From contig CAVPFA010000006.1 of NCBI GenBank assembly GCA_963703655.1, positions 446,379 through 510,378 on the forward strand: a DNA stretch of 64,000 nucleotides, read 5' to 3'. This document shows, one piece after another, positions 1 to 9,938 of the stretch. Origin of the DNA: an uncultured Acidimicrobiaceae bacterium (GTDB lineage: Bacteria; Actinomycetota; Acidimicrobiia; Acidimicrobiales; Bog-793). The translations under genes were made by a program, and so were the position numbers. The notes under the pieces are model-generated. The model had not been told where the DNA came from, made no database searches, and was given only the letters and a program-made list of their open reading frames with translations. How positions within the stretch are numbered: the stretch's first letter is position 1; every line of letters begins with the position of its first letter.

Positions 1-1
1 G

Positions 2-1860
2 CAACGCGAGGCGATCACCACCGAGGCCAAGCCCCTGTGCGTGCTTGCGGCAGCCGGGTCGGGCAAGACACGGGTACTGACGCGCCGGATCGCCTGGCGG
101 GTGAACGAAGGAACCGCCTCGGCGCCGTATGTGCTTGCGCTCACCTTCACCCGTAAGGCGGCTTCCGAGCTCCGCGGCCGGCTTGCAAGCCTCGGTCTCG
201 CCGAGCCTGCCACCGCGGGGACCTTCCATTCCGTCGCACTCGCGGAGCTGCGACGCCTCGCAGCCGAGCGCGGCCGGCCTGCACCGGTCGTCATCTCGTC
301 CAAGGCTCGACTCCTGGCGGCGGCCGCGGGTCGCGACGCTGGGCACGACCGGGCGACGCTGGCGGAGCTCGCCTTCGAGATCGAGTGGGCGCAAGCTCGC
401 TGCCTGACGGCTCGCGACTACCTCCGAGCCGTGACCATAAGCGGGCGGCAGACCCAATGCGACCCCGCGGTCGTCGCCGAGGTCTGGAAGCGCTACGAGC
501 GTGAGAAGCAACGCCGCGGGGTGCTCGATTTCGACGACCTTCTCGCTCGTTGTGCGAATGAGATGGAGAAGGACCCCGAGTTCGCCGCCTCGGCCCGGTG
601 GCGGTTCCGCCACTTCTTCGTCGACGAGTACCAGGACGTGAACTCGGCACAAGTCCGGCTTCTCGAGGCATGGCTCGGTGACGGCGACGACGTTTGCGTG
701 GTCGGCGACCCCGACCAGGCGATCTATTCCTGGAACGGGAGCGACCCGCGGGCTCTGGTCGACTTTCCCCTACGGCATGCCGGTTCCCGGGTTCTCCGGC
801 TCGCCATGAACTACCGCTCCACCGACGCGGTACTCGCAGTTGCGTCGTCGGTCCTGAGCGCTGAGACAAGCGCAGGCCCCGCGTGGATCTCGCGCGAGAC
901 CGACGGTGACACGCTCGGCACCGAGCCTGCGCGTGCGCTCGTCTCCGGGCGCCCCCGGGTGGGCGGCGCCCCGCCGCCGATCGTCGCCTATGAGAGCGAT
1001 GCAGACGAGGCGCGCGGCGTGATCGACACACTCAGGCGGGCCCGCAGCCCCGGCGCGTCGTGGTCGAGCATCGCGGTCCTCGCTCGCACGAACGCCCAAC
1101 TCGTGCTGTTCGAGCGCGAGCTACAAGCCGCAGGCATACCCTTCCGCAGCGGGGGCGGCCGCTCGTACCTCGCTCGCCCGACGGTTCGCGAGTCCCTGGA
1201 CCGATTGGCAGCCTCGTCGGGCGCGGCCGGCTTTCAAGCGTGGCTCGAGGAGCTCGAGGCCTCGGCGGCCGGGCCGTCCGCCCGGGCCGTGGACGAGCAG
1301 GACGACGGCTACTGCATCGGTCCCTTCCAGGACGATCTTCACAACCTCACGCCCGTCGACGACGACGTTGCCGAGCTGGCCCGCCTTGCACTCGAGTACC
1401 TCCGGTCGGACTCGAACCCGAGCCCAAGCGCGTTCGTCACATGGCTGGAAGCGAGCCTGCGCGCCGATCCGCCTCGGCAGACCGGCGACGCCGTCGACCT
1501 GGTGACCTTCCACCGGGCCAAGGGCCTGGAATGGCGAGTCGTCTTCGTTACCGGGCTCGAGGACGGTCTTGTCCCGATCGCGCGATGCGCGCAGTGTCGG
1601 GGCGGTCGCCGAGGAGCGAAGGCTGCTCTACGTCGCATGCACCCGCGCTGATGGACGAGCTTTGCTGCTCATGGGCGCGAGAGAGGTCCTTCGGAGGTCG
1701 TCGATCGGTCCGGGCCCCGTCGCCGTACCTCGAAGCCATAGAGGCCACCCATCGCGACCTTGCAAGGCTGGCTGTGGTGACGCCCGAGCGTTTGCGCGCT
1801 TCCCAGCGGGAGGTGCGGGCTTTGCTCGCGGGGCGCGAGCGAACGCGTCGAGAAGAGTGA
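2..1860 (+). CDS. uvrD2: ATP-dependent DNA helicase, UvrD/REP family (UvrD2-like); 5'-truncated by the window edge, with frameshifts near 1585-1650
   Basis: Walker A AAAGSGKT, LTFTRKAA, VDEYQD, VGDPDQAIYSW, NYRS and TFHRAKGLEW are present. The terminal motif EERRLLYVACTRA and the C-terminus lie in other frames (ORFs 1569..1928 and 1060..1860). Confidence 0.85.
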
Positions 1861-2077
1861 ACGGCCTGGACGCGGGCTACCGTGCCACGACGAGCCGGAT
1901 GCTGCCCAGGGGCGGTTCATCCGAGTAGCATGACGGCGCACTAGAATTTTCGGTGCGAGGTCCCGCTGCCACCGGGGGCCGTGGACAAAGTTGCACGGAA
2001 CGGCACGTTGGCGTTTTCCGTGAGGAGACAAGACGCCGGGCAAGTGCCCGGTGGTTGGCCCGGGAGGAGGGTGCCTG

Positions 2078-2569
2078 ATGCCTGGAGACGGCGACAGCGG
2101 GGCGTCGGACCTAGAGGCACGCAACCACTACCTGGGCATCATCGACGATGCTTGGGAGATCTATCGCGAAGCGGTCGAGGGTGCCTGGGAAGACTACGAA
2201 GAGGCCCTCAAGCCGGTGCGTGAGGTCTACGAAAAGGGGCAGAGCGCGGCCGAGGAGGCCCACGGCAAGGCCATCGACGAAGCTTGGGGTGACTACAAGC
2301 AGGCCGTCGCGGACGCCCCTGCGACCATGCGCCGCGACGTCGTCGCACAGGCACGTGCCACGTACAACGAGCTGGCTGCGCAGATCCGCAAGACCTACAA
2401 CGAGAGCATGTCGATCGCCCGGGACAGCTACCTTCGCTCCGTGGACAATGCGAGGGCGTCGTACCGCGTGGCGGTCGATGGCGAGCTTGACGCTCACCGT
2501 GAGGCGGTCCGTGCGGCTTGGAGCAGCTACCTGCAAGCAGTCGACTCCAACCTGGTAGCCGAGGAGTAA
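2078..2569 (+). CDS. Hypothetical alpha-helical protein with 11-residue repeats
   Basis: GGAGGAGG RBS before ATG 2078; periodic AWxxYxxAVxx pattern. Confidence 0.7.
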   Translation: MPGDGDSGASDLEARNHYLGIIDDAWEIYREAVEGAWEDYEEALKPVREVYEKGQSAAEEAHGKAIDEAWGDYKQAVADAPATMRRDVVAQARATYNELAAQIRKTYNESMSIARDSYLRSVDNARASYRVAVDGELDAHREAVRAAWSSYLQAVDSNLVAEE

Positions 2570-2688
2570 GGGCTGGAGGACCACGGGCCGCCTTCGCCGC
2601 AGACAGGGTCAATCGGCCGCCAAGACACACATACCGAGAATCGGCTTCCGAGTACGGCGGTTGCCCCCTACGTGACTGGACGCGCGCG

Positions 2689-3144
2689 ATGCACATCTCC
2701 GCCAGAGTCGAGTACGCATTGCGCGCGCTCTGCACCTTGGCCGCCCGCGGCGGCGAGCCGCTCACTGCCGAAGAGCTCGCCCAGGCTCAAGGTCTTCCGG
2801 TCCGTTTCCTGCGCGCCATCCTGAACGATCTGCGCCGGGTGGGGATCGTCACGAGCCAGCGGGGCAACGAAGGTGGCTACCAGTTAGCACGGTCCGCATC
2901 GGAGATCACCGTCGGCGACGTCTTCCGCAGGCTCGAGGGTCCCCTCGCCGAAGTGCGCGGCATGCGCCCCGAGTCGGCCAGCTACGAAGCCGCCGCCCAG
3001 CACCTTCAAGAGGTGTGGGTCGCCGTCCGAGCGTGCCTTAGAGACGTGCTCGACGGGGTCACCCTCGAGCAGGTCGTCTCCGGCGAGCTTCCCGACCAGA
3101 TCGCTCGGCTCGTGGCACGCCCCGACGCCTGGGAACCCCGATGA
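2689..3144 (+). CDS. Rrf2 family transcriptional regulator
   Basis: MHISARVEYALRAL...LRRVGIVTSQRGNEGGYQLAR...LEGPLAEV; lacks the IscR Cys triad. Confidence 0.9.
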   Translation: MHISARVEYALRALCTLAARGGEPLTAEELAQAQGLPVRFLRAILNDLRRVGIVTSQRGNEGGYQLARSASEITVGDVFRRLEGPLAEVRGMRPESASYEAAAQHLQEVWVAVRACLRDVLDGVTLEQVVSGELPDQIARLVARPDAWEPR

Positions 3145-3192
3145 GCGGGACTGAGCGGGACCTCGTGTTCGACTGAGAGGTGCCTCGCCCGG

Positions 3193-4122
3193 TCACGGAC
3201 CAGCCGGCGACGGCGTCGCCAGCCGGCGACGGCGCCTCAATCGCCAAGCCGCATAAGCCAGCGCGGCGGCGATGAGCAATGGAAACGCCCAGCTGACACC
3301 GAGCACGACGGCGCGCCCGGCAGCGGCGAGGTTGTGCCAGGCAAGCTTGACGGCCCGAGAAAAGGTGTTCTCGGCACGGGGCTTTCGCGTCGCTGGCGGA
3401 ACCGACACCGCCAGATCGACCGTCAAGGTCGCATAGGTGGTCTGGTTGTCGAGCGAGGCCTGCTCTGCGGAGAGTTGCTCGATCTCGGACTCGACGCTGA
3501 AAAGCTCGTTCTGGACTTGCAGGATGTTCGGGATCGAGCCGGCCCGCTGCACCAGGTTGCGCAGCGCCTGCTGCTCGGCTTCGAGATTCGTGATCCGGGC
3601 GGACAGGTTGACCACCAGTCCGGTCACATCTTGGCCATGCACCTGCTGGCTCCGCACCTTGCCGAGCGTGGAGACCTCGATCACGAGCGCCGTGAAACGC
3701 GCGGAAGGAACCCGTACGACGAGGCTCGCCGTGGGCGCCTGGAGGCTCTGCGATTCGCTGGAGGAGTCGGCAACGAACCCTCCCTGGCTCTCCGCGTCAG
3801 CCGTCACCTGGTCGAAAGCACTCAGCAGATGAGCCTTTCGGACCGAGATTGCGATTGATCCCGTGTAGATGACGTCGGGGCTCTGCGCCGGGACGACCTT
3901 GCCAAGTTGAGTCGCCGACTCGCTCGGAGCCGTCTCGGCCGGAAAGTTCGCTCGACCAGCCTCCGGTGCGATCGAGTGCGCACGAGGTTGGCGAGCCAGC
4001 CCCATCGACGAACCAGGGGAGAACCCCGTCGACCCGCGGAGCTCCGTCACGAGGGCCGCCCCAATGCCGAGAAGGACCACGACCGCGACTACGGCCACGA
4101 GGGACTTGCGCTTCACATTCAC
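3193..4122 (-). CDS. DUF4349 domain membrane-anchored protein
   Basis: N-terminal TM; LVVRVPSARF and GQDVT...L.ARI.NL coiled coil; C-terminal TM followed by RRRRR. GTG start inferred. Confidence 0.8.
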   Translation of the reverse strand: MNVKRKSLVAVVAVVVLLGIGAALVTELRGSTGFSPGSSMGLARQPRAHSIAPEAGRANFPAETAPSESATQLGKVVPAQSPDVIYTGSIAISVRKAHLLSAFDQVTADAESQGGFVADSSSESQSLQAPTASLVVRVPSARFTALVIEVSTLGKVRSQQVHGQDVTGLVVNLSARITNLEAEQQALRNLVQRAGSIPNILQVQNELFSVESEIEQLSAEQASLDNQTTYATLTVDLAVSVPPATRKPRAENTFSRAVKLAWHNLAAAGRAVVLGVSWAFPLLIAAALAYAAWRLRRRRRLATPSPAGP

Positions 4123-4190
4123 CTTGAACCCACCTTTCCGAGTTGGTTGGCAGCGACGGGAGAACGAGCCGATCAGATCTCGGTTCACCG

Positions 4191-4221
4191 TTTCGACGCT
4201 CACAGGCGCGGTTCGGTTCCC
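4191..4221 (-). promoter_or_regulatory. SigM-type ECF promoter for the DUF4349 gene
   Basis: Minus strand reads GGGAAC-N17-CGTCGAAA, matching the actinobacterial SigM consensus GGAAC-N16-18-CGTC. Confidence 0.6.
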
Positions 4222-4263
4222 CGGCTCGACTCGACCCCGCCGCGCGTGGGTCGCTCGGTACCG

Positions 4264-4962
4264 TTGGATATCGGACATGTCACGTCATTCGGTCCCGACG
4301 ACTCGGACTCAGTTCTCATCAGCTCATCGCGAGATGGCGACCGGGACGCGCTCGAGGTTCTGCTCGGGCGCCACTACGACCGTCTTCACGGGCTCTGCCG
4401 GCGGATCCTCGGCAACGACCAGGACGCGGAGGATGCGACCCAGGAGGCCATGATCGCAATCGTTCGAGGACTCCCCGGCTACGACGGCCGCAGCTCGTTC
4501 TCCACCTGGGCGTACCGGGTTGCCACGAACTCCGCGCTGGACGAGCTGCGCCGAAGGCGACGGCGGCCCCTCCCCGGACTCGTCGAGATCCGGGACTCTG
4601 CGACATCGTCGGACCGCGTCTGTGAAACCACCATTTCAGTGACGACCCGGGTCGATCCCGGCGACCCCCTCAGCGCCCGGCTCGACGTCGACGCGGCTCT
4701 GCAGCAACTTCCCGTGGACCAGCGGACCGCGGTCGTGCTCCGCGATCTCCTCGACCTCGACTACGCCCAGATAGCGGAGGTCCTGGCGGTTCCGGTCGGC
4801 ACCGTTCGGTCTCGCATAGCCCGCGGTCGCAGCGCGATCGCGAGACTGCTCGCGCAGTCTCCCCAAGACGATCACCGCCCGCCGAAAGCTGTCGGACAAG
4901 CGCGGACCTCCGAAGGGAACTCCGTTCCTTCCTCGCAACGTCAAAGCAAGCAACAGCTATGA
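4264..4962 (+). CDS. sigM: ECF RNA polymerase sigma factor (SigM-like)
   Basis: Region 2 DAEDATQEA...FSTWAYRVATNSALDELRRR and region 4 YAQIAEVLAVPVGTVRSRIARGR. Start codon uncertain. Confidence 0.85.
   Translation: MDIGHVTSFGPDDSDSVLISSSRDGDRDALEVLLGRHYDRLHGLCRRILGNDQDAEDATQEAMIAIVRGLPGYDGRSSFSTWAYRVATNSALDELRRRRRRPLPGLVEIRDSATSSDRVCETTISVTTRVDPGDPLSARLDVDAALQQLPVDQRTAVVLRDLLDLDYAQIAEVLAVPVGTVRSRIARGRSAIARLLAQSPQDDHRPPKAVGQARTSEGNSVPSSQRQSKQQL
4915..4943 (+). promoter_or_regulatory. Internal SigM-type promoter upstream of the anti-sigma gene
   Basis: GGGAAC-N18-CGTCA inside the 3' end of the sigma gene. Confidence 0.5.
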
Positions 4963-5858
4963 GCCAATCCCTTTCAGCACGCGACGGCGGCGCCTCGGGT
5001 TCGCACCTGGGAGACGAGACTCTCTCGGCCTATCTCGACGGCGAGCTCGACACCCACGAGGTGCCGCCTGCGGCGTCGCACCTCGAGAGGTGCCCGTCGT
5101 GTCGCGAACGCCTCGGGTCCCTGTCGCGTGCAGCCGAGTCCGTGGGCCGACCGGTGAGACCCGTAGCATCGTCCACGCGGCAACTTCAGCTCGAGCGCGC
5201 CCTCGGCGGGTCGACGAGACTGCACCTGAGAGACTCGGTCGGGCGCAATCGCCGTCGCCTGGTGGTGGCGCGCTGGGCCGCTGCGCTGGTCATGGTGGCC
5301 GGGGGTAGCGCCTCGCTCTGGCACTTTCGCTCCGACCTCTCCGGGCGCTCGGGACCCACCGCTTCCCAGACCTCGGCCCGGGCGGCCCGGGAGAAGGCGC
5401 TACCCCCGGCTCTCGGGAATTTGCCGGTCGCCGTGGCGCCGGCGCTGCAGCTGCGAGCTCTCCTGGGGCTGCCGTACACCGGTTGCGCTCCCCCGCTCGC
5501 TCGTACGGCGCCGCCGAGGTCCGGGACGCTCTACGACGCATCCGCGTCGGCGTCGTCGGGAGCACCCCGCTGCGCCCGCATCAGCGCCCCGCTCGCAAGC
5601 ATCGACCGTGCAAGTGGCGCGCGTGTCCTCGGTGGCGCCGCCGGGCCACTTGTGTCATTGGTCCTGTCGGTTCCGGCGTCCTCGGTCCGAAGCGCGAGGT
5701 CTCTCCTCCTCGGCCACGCAGACCTGCCGGTCGCGGTCGTCGTCGGGGACGAAGTGGTCGGCTACCTGTCGGCGGTCCAGGCTTCGGGGGGCATCACGAT
5801 CGCCCGGGTGCCCGCCACGGTCGCCCGCGAGCTCGCAGCCGAAATCATGGGTAGTTGA
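4959..5858 (+). CDS. Anti-sigma factor: zf-HC2 (ZAS) domain, TM helix and an extracytoplasmic domain resembling the SecD P1 head
   Basis: HLGDETLSAYLDGEL...HLERCPSC; ATGA overlap with the sigma gene. Confidence 0.8.
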   Translation: MSQSLSARDGGASGSHLGDETLSAYLDGELDTHEVPPAASHLERCPSCRERLGSLSRAAESVGRPVRPVASSTRQLQLERALGGSTRLHLRDSVGRNRRRLVVARWAAALVMVAGGSASLWHFRSDLSGRSGPTASQTSARAAREKALPPALGNLPVAVAPALQLRALLGLPYTGCAPPLARTAPPRSGTLYDASASASSGAPRCARISAPLASIDRASGARVLGGAAGPLVSLVLSVPASSVRSARSLLLGHADLPVAVVVGDEVVGYLSAVQASGGITIARVPATVARELAAEIMGS

Positions 5859-5897
5859 GCGGGGCTTGGTGAATCCGGCCCGACTTCCGGGCTCGTC

Positions 5898-7504
5898 TCA
5901 TTCGGATCCCCCCGAAACATCGTGCACACCCGCCGGTGGGCCGACGCCACGTGGCAATGTCGGGCTGGTCCCGTTCAGCGTCTCGCCTCGGAAGTAAGGG
6001 CGTCGGAACGGCATCACGATCAGCATGAGAACGACGCCGAGCAGGAGTGCACCGAACGCGAGGATGAAGACGCCGCCGATGTCCCAATGCGGCCAGAACT
6101 GCAAGTGCCAGCTCGTGAAGCTGGAGCCGGTTCCCCAGTCCTGCTTCAGGCTGTAGATCATGGCTGCCCACAAGATGATGCCTCCCGTAAGCGGCACGAT
6201 GCCTTGGATGACCAGGTTGCGCAGGCTGCTCGTCAGGTTCTTGCGGTACCACCAGAAGCAGGTGAGCCCGGTCAGTCCGTAGTAGAAGGCGATGAGCACC
6301 CCGAGCGCAGTCACCGAGTCCACGATTACGGTTCCTGCCGAGATGTAGTTCATGATGACGTAAAGGACGATCGAGACCGCGCCCATGCTGAGCGTCGAGA
6401 CCGTCGGGGTGAGGTGCTTGCGGTGCACGTTGCCGAAGGCGTCCGGGATCGACCGATAGACGGCCATAGAGAGCGTCGTGCGAGCTGTGGGGAGGATCGT
6501 CGTCTGGGTCGAAGCGGCGGCGGAGCTCAGCACCATCAAGATGAGGAGATGCCCGAGGAAGCTGCCGAATCCCGAGGAGCCGAAGATCGAGCCTCCTAGC
6601 ACCGAGAGCACGTCGCCCTCGTTGGCCGTATTGCCTAGGCCAATTCCGTGGGTTCCGAGGCCGGCGTAGGACTGCACCGCGAGGATGACGAGCGCGTAAG
6701 TGGCCAGCAACAGGAACGTCGAGATGATCGCCGCCCTGCCAGGTGTCACGGACGCGTCCGCGGTCTCCTCGTTGACCGAGACGGCGGTGTCCCAGCCCCA
6801 GTAGATGAACAACATCGTGATGAAGCCGCCGACGAAGGTCTTGAACTGTGGGATCTTGAAGGGGTTGAACCACGACCCCGCGACAGCGAGGTGGCCGGGG
6901 GCGCGTGACCGGATCCAACCTTCACGAGCGCGACCACCGAAAGCAGGAGCAGCATGACGAGCTCGATGCTGAGCAGGACCTTCTGGAAGTTCGCCGACAC
7001 CTCGATGCCGCGATAACAGATATAGGTCATCGCGACGATCCAGAGGATGCCCACGAGCAGCACCCAGCCGCTGGTGGCGTTATGGCCGATCCCGTTCGCA
7101 TTGAACAGGTCGAAGACGTATTGACCCGCGATCTGAGCAAGGCTCGCCATGACCAGGATGTCCGCGGCGACAATGCCCCAGCCACCCATCCATCCGGTGC
7201 GGGGGCCGAAGGCGCGTGCCGCCCACGAGAACGTAGTGCCGCAGTCCGGGTCGGCTTTGTTGAGCTCGCTGTAGCCGATCGAGATCATCAACATGGGCAC
7301 GAAAGCGATGATGGCCACGATCGGGGTCTGCAGCCCGACGAACGCGACGACGAATCCAAGCGTCGAGGCGAGGCTGTAGGCCGGCGCCGTCGAGGCCACA
7401 CCAATGACGACACTGGAGATCAGCCCGAGCGCACCGCTCTTCAACCCCTTCTCTGCAGGTACCGACGTCGTTGTAGTGACAGCGTCCACAGTCATGGGCT
7501 GCAC
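5898..7504 (-). CDS. APC family amino acid permease (frameshifted near 6820-6910)
   Basis: GVASTAPAYSLA and PDCGTTFSW in ORF 6746..7504; FIYWGWDTAVSVNEET in ORF 5898..6815. Confidence 0.85.
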
Positions 7505-7580
7505 CTCCCCCTCAGTTCCCCCAAGCCCCGCGAGGTCACAAAACGCTACCGCTTCGGGCGCGTGTGAGCCCGATGTCGCT

Positions 7581-7988
7581 TCAGCCGGCGCTTCGAGGGC
7601 CAGTCACAATCCAGCCGCCGCCGGCGGAGTATGGCTCGATCGGAAACCCGAGAGCCAACAGCAAGGGACCGAGCGCCTCGTTCAAGATGTCCACGGACTC
7701 GGCTTCCCTCAAGGGCGCGGGCCTGTCGGCTGCGGGCGCGTCTGGCAAGAGCCAACGAACCACGATGCCGCCACGGCCGTGCCGGTCCGCAGGCACCATG
7801 GACAAGTAGCACCCAGCCGCCGGCGACCCGTCCTCCTCCGGTTCGCCCGTCGCAAAGCCGAGCTCGGCGATGGCGGCGAACAGGTCCTCCATCGCCTCGT
7901 CCAGCCCGGAGGGCCGTGAGTCGGTGATCTCGGCCACGGTCGGCTCGACCTCGCCTTGGACCTCGCCGCCCTCCGTCTCGTCGCTCAT
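7581..7988 (-). CDS. Hypothetical protein
   Basis: Acidic, protein-like composition; purine-rich RBS-like sequence upstream. Confidence 0.55.
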   Translation of the reverse strand: MSDETEGGEVQGEVEPTVAEITDSRPSGLDEAMEDLFAAIAELGFATGEPEEDGSPAAGCYLSMVPADRHGRGGIVVRWLLPDAPAADRPAPLREAESVDILNEALGPLLLALGFPIEPYSAGGGWIVTGPRSAG

Positions 7989-8009
7989 CGGTTCCCCATC
8001 ATTCGGTGC

Positions 8010-8156
8010 CCATTGCGTTGAGGCGCCTACGGATCTGGCGACCGCCCAGTCCGGCGTCCGGCGTCTGTCTCTGGACAGACTCCCAAGCCCGATGCTACGT
8101 GGCTTGCGCCTCGACGCAGTGGATCGGCCGCGTGGACACCGGCAAAGAGGCCGATC
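8010..8156. ncRNA. Candidate structured RNA (four-way junction plus a following hairpin)
   Basis: A 17-bp closing stem (8010-8026/8106-8122) encloses three hairpins in an intergenic region. Family not recognised. Confidence 0.3.
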
Positions 8157-8201
8157 AGGACCAACTGGAGCGGCAAGGTTCCCGCTGGCTCCCTGGCATC
8201 G

Positions 8202-9120
8202 TCAGCTCCTTATGGCCTCCTCGACCGCCAAGGCCAGGACTGCCTGGCCGGCCGCGCTCGGGTGCACCCCGCAACCTCCGGTGGTTAGCTGGGTCAACAA
8301 CCCGGCTGTGCACGTGTTACCTCCGGAATGAAGCGCAGCTGCCTGGAAGGCCCCGAAACCATCGGCGATCTGCACGTCGAACGGCATGGCCGCGCTGTCC
8401 ATGGCCTCGTTAAGCGCCTGACTGGCGGCATTGTCGCCAGGATTCGAGTAGTCGAGCGAGTAATAGTTGACCATGACAACTTGCCTGTGGTAGCGCCCCT
8501 CGCTGCGGACAGCCGCCAGAATGTCGGCGACATTCGCGGAAATCTGCTTGAGCACCGCCGGCAGCTCACTGGCGCAATCGTCGCTCGTGGTCTCCTGGCA
8601 GAGGAAAGCGTCGTTGGCGCCGATCATCAGCGTGACCAGCCGGATGTGCGGGTGGCTCCTGAGGTATTCGACCGCGTACTGGAGCTGGGTCCCGCTGTAG
8701 GTGACGTGCAACGGGAACGCGGTCCGGTAGCCAGGGCCGCCACCCGGAGAGTTCTCGCACCCGTTGCTCTGCACGTTTGCCTCGATCAGGCTGGCCGAAG
8801 TCTCTCCCGGGCAGGCGGCGTTGGCGACCTGCAGGCCCAAGGCCGCGTCTGACGTCCTCCGGGTACCCGACGAAGCTCGAGGCGTCCGAGTAGTTAGGTG
8901 GTGGCGACGTCGTCGGCTCCCGGTAGCCGAACGTGACCGAGTCGCCCAGTGCCAGATAGTCCCGATCGGCCCTCGAAGACGCATGCGAACCTCCCCGGTG
9001 AGCAGCGAACGATGCGGCCACCGGACCGGCCAGACCGGCCACGAGCACCCCCACGCAGGCCAAGCCGACTCCGGCACAGCAGATCTTGCGCGCAATCTTG
9101 CGCGACGCGACGGTTCTCAT
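8202..9120 (-). CDS. Secreted SGNH/GDSL hydrolase (frameshifted near 8850-8870)
   Basis: Signal peptide and YLALGDSVTFG in ORF 8566..9120; NAACPGETS, IGAND and GVHPS in ORF 8202..9095. Confidence 0.85.
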
Positions 9121-9255
9121 AGGATTATCCCTCTTTCACCTATATGGTCCGGACCCCCCGGCGCGGACGGCTACAACGTCTCACACGGCGGCCAGCCGGT
9201 GCAATCTGCCTCGTGGGATCCAAGTTTCACGGTGCACTCCAGCTCGCGGCCCCCC

Positions 9256-9912
9256 CTAGATACGGACTGGGGGGCTCATATCCGCAAGACCATGGCTGGG
9301 ATCGAACGAGGGTTGTCGAGCGACTGCGAACCAGAGGAAGTGGGCGAACGCGTCGATGAAGAAGACGGCTCCGCTCCCCACCCAGACACCGCCGAGCACG
9401 TCCGTCGGGTAGTGCCATCTGAGCACCAATACGGCCGCGCCAACGCTCGCGACCGCAAGTATCCCAGCGACAGCGCTCAGCGGACGCAACAGGCGTGGTG
9501 ACACGAGAAACACTGCGGTCGCGAGGGCGGCGACGACAGCCACCGTCCCCGACGGATAGGTGAAACTGCCCGCGCCGATCTCGCGTCCAACCATGGGCTT
9601 CGCGATGTGCTCCACCATCTCGACGGCAACGATCGGAGCCACAGAACATGCGAACGCCCGTACCCAATCGCGGAAGATCGCGACGACGAAGATCAGAGCG
9701 ACGCCCGCCAGCAGCACGGGCAGTGAGCCGATCTTCACCAGTTCGTTTGCGAGATGGGATCTCGGATCGGACGGCACGTAGAAATACCCGGCCGCGTCCA
9801 CTCGATTCAGCCCCGGCCGCTTGGCGAGCAGCAAGCCGGCCAGCGCCGCTGCTCCGAGGAGCGCCACGCCCAACATGAGCTCGATCGCTGTCCAAACACG
9901 AGAGACCGCCAC
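9256..9912 (-). CDS. PAP2 family membrane phosphatase
   Basis: KPMVGR, YPSGT and RWHYPTDVLGG motifs; multiple TMs. Start uncertain. Confidence 0.75.
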   Translation of the reverse strand: MAVSRVWTAIELMLGVALLGAAALAGLLLAKRPGLNRVDAAGYFYVPSDPRSHLANELVKIGSLPVLLAGVALIFVVAIFRDWVRAFACSVAPIVAVEMVEHIAKPMVGREIGAGSFTYPSGTVAVVAALATAVFLVSPRLLRPLSAVAGILAVASVGAAVLVLRWHYPTDVLGGVWVGSGAVFFIDAFAHFLWFAVARQPSFDPSHGLADMSPPVRI

Positions 9913-9938
9913 CGGTCCCCTCCGTCGCCGGCGCTGTA

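Noticed and set aside
1865-2075. Riboswitch in the hairpin-rich leader after uvrD2
   Set aside because: Several short stems are present, but no known consensus; GC richness alone could explain them.
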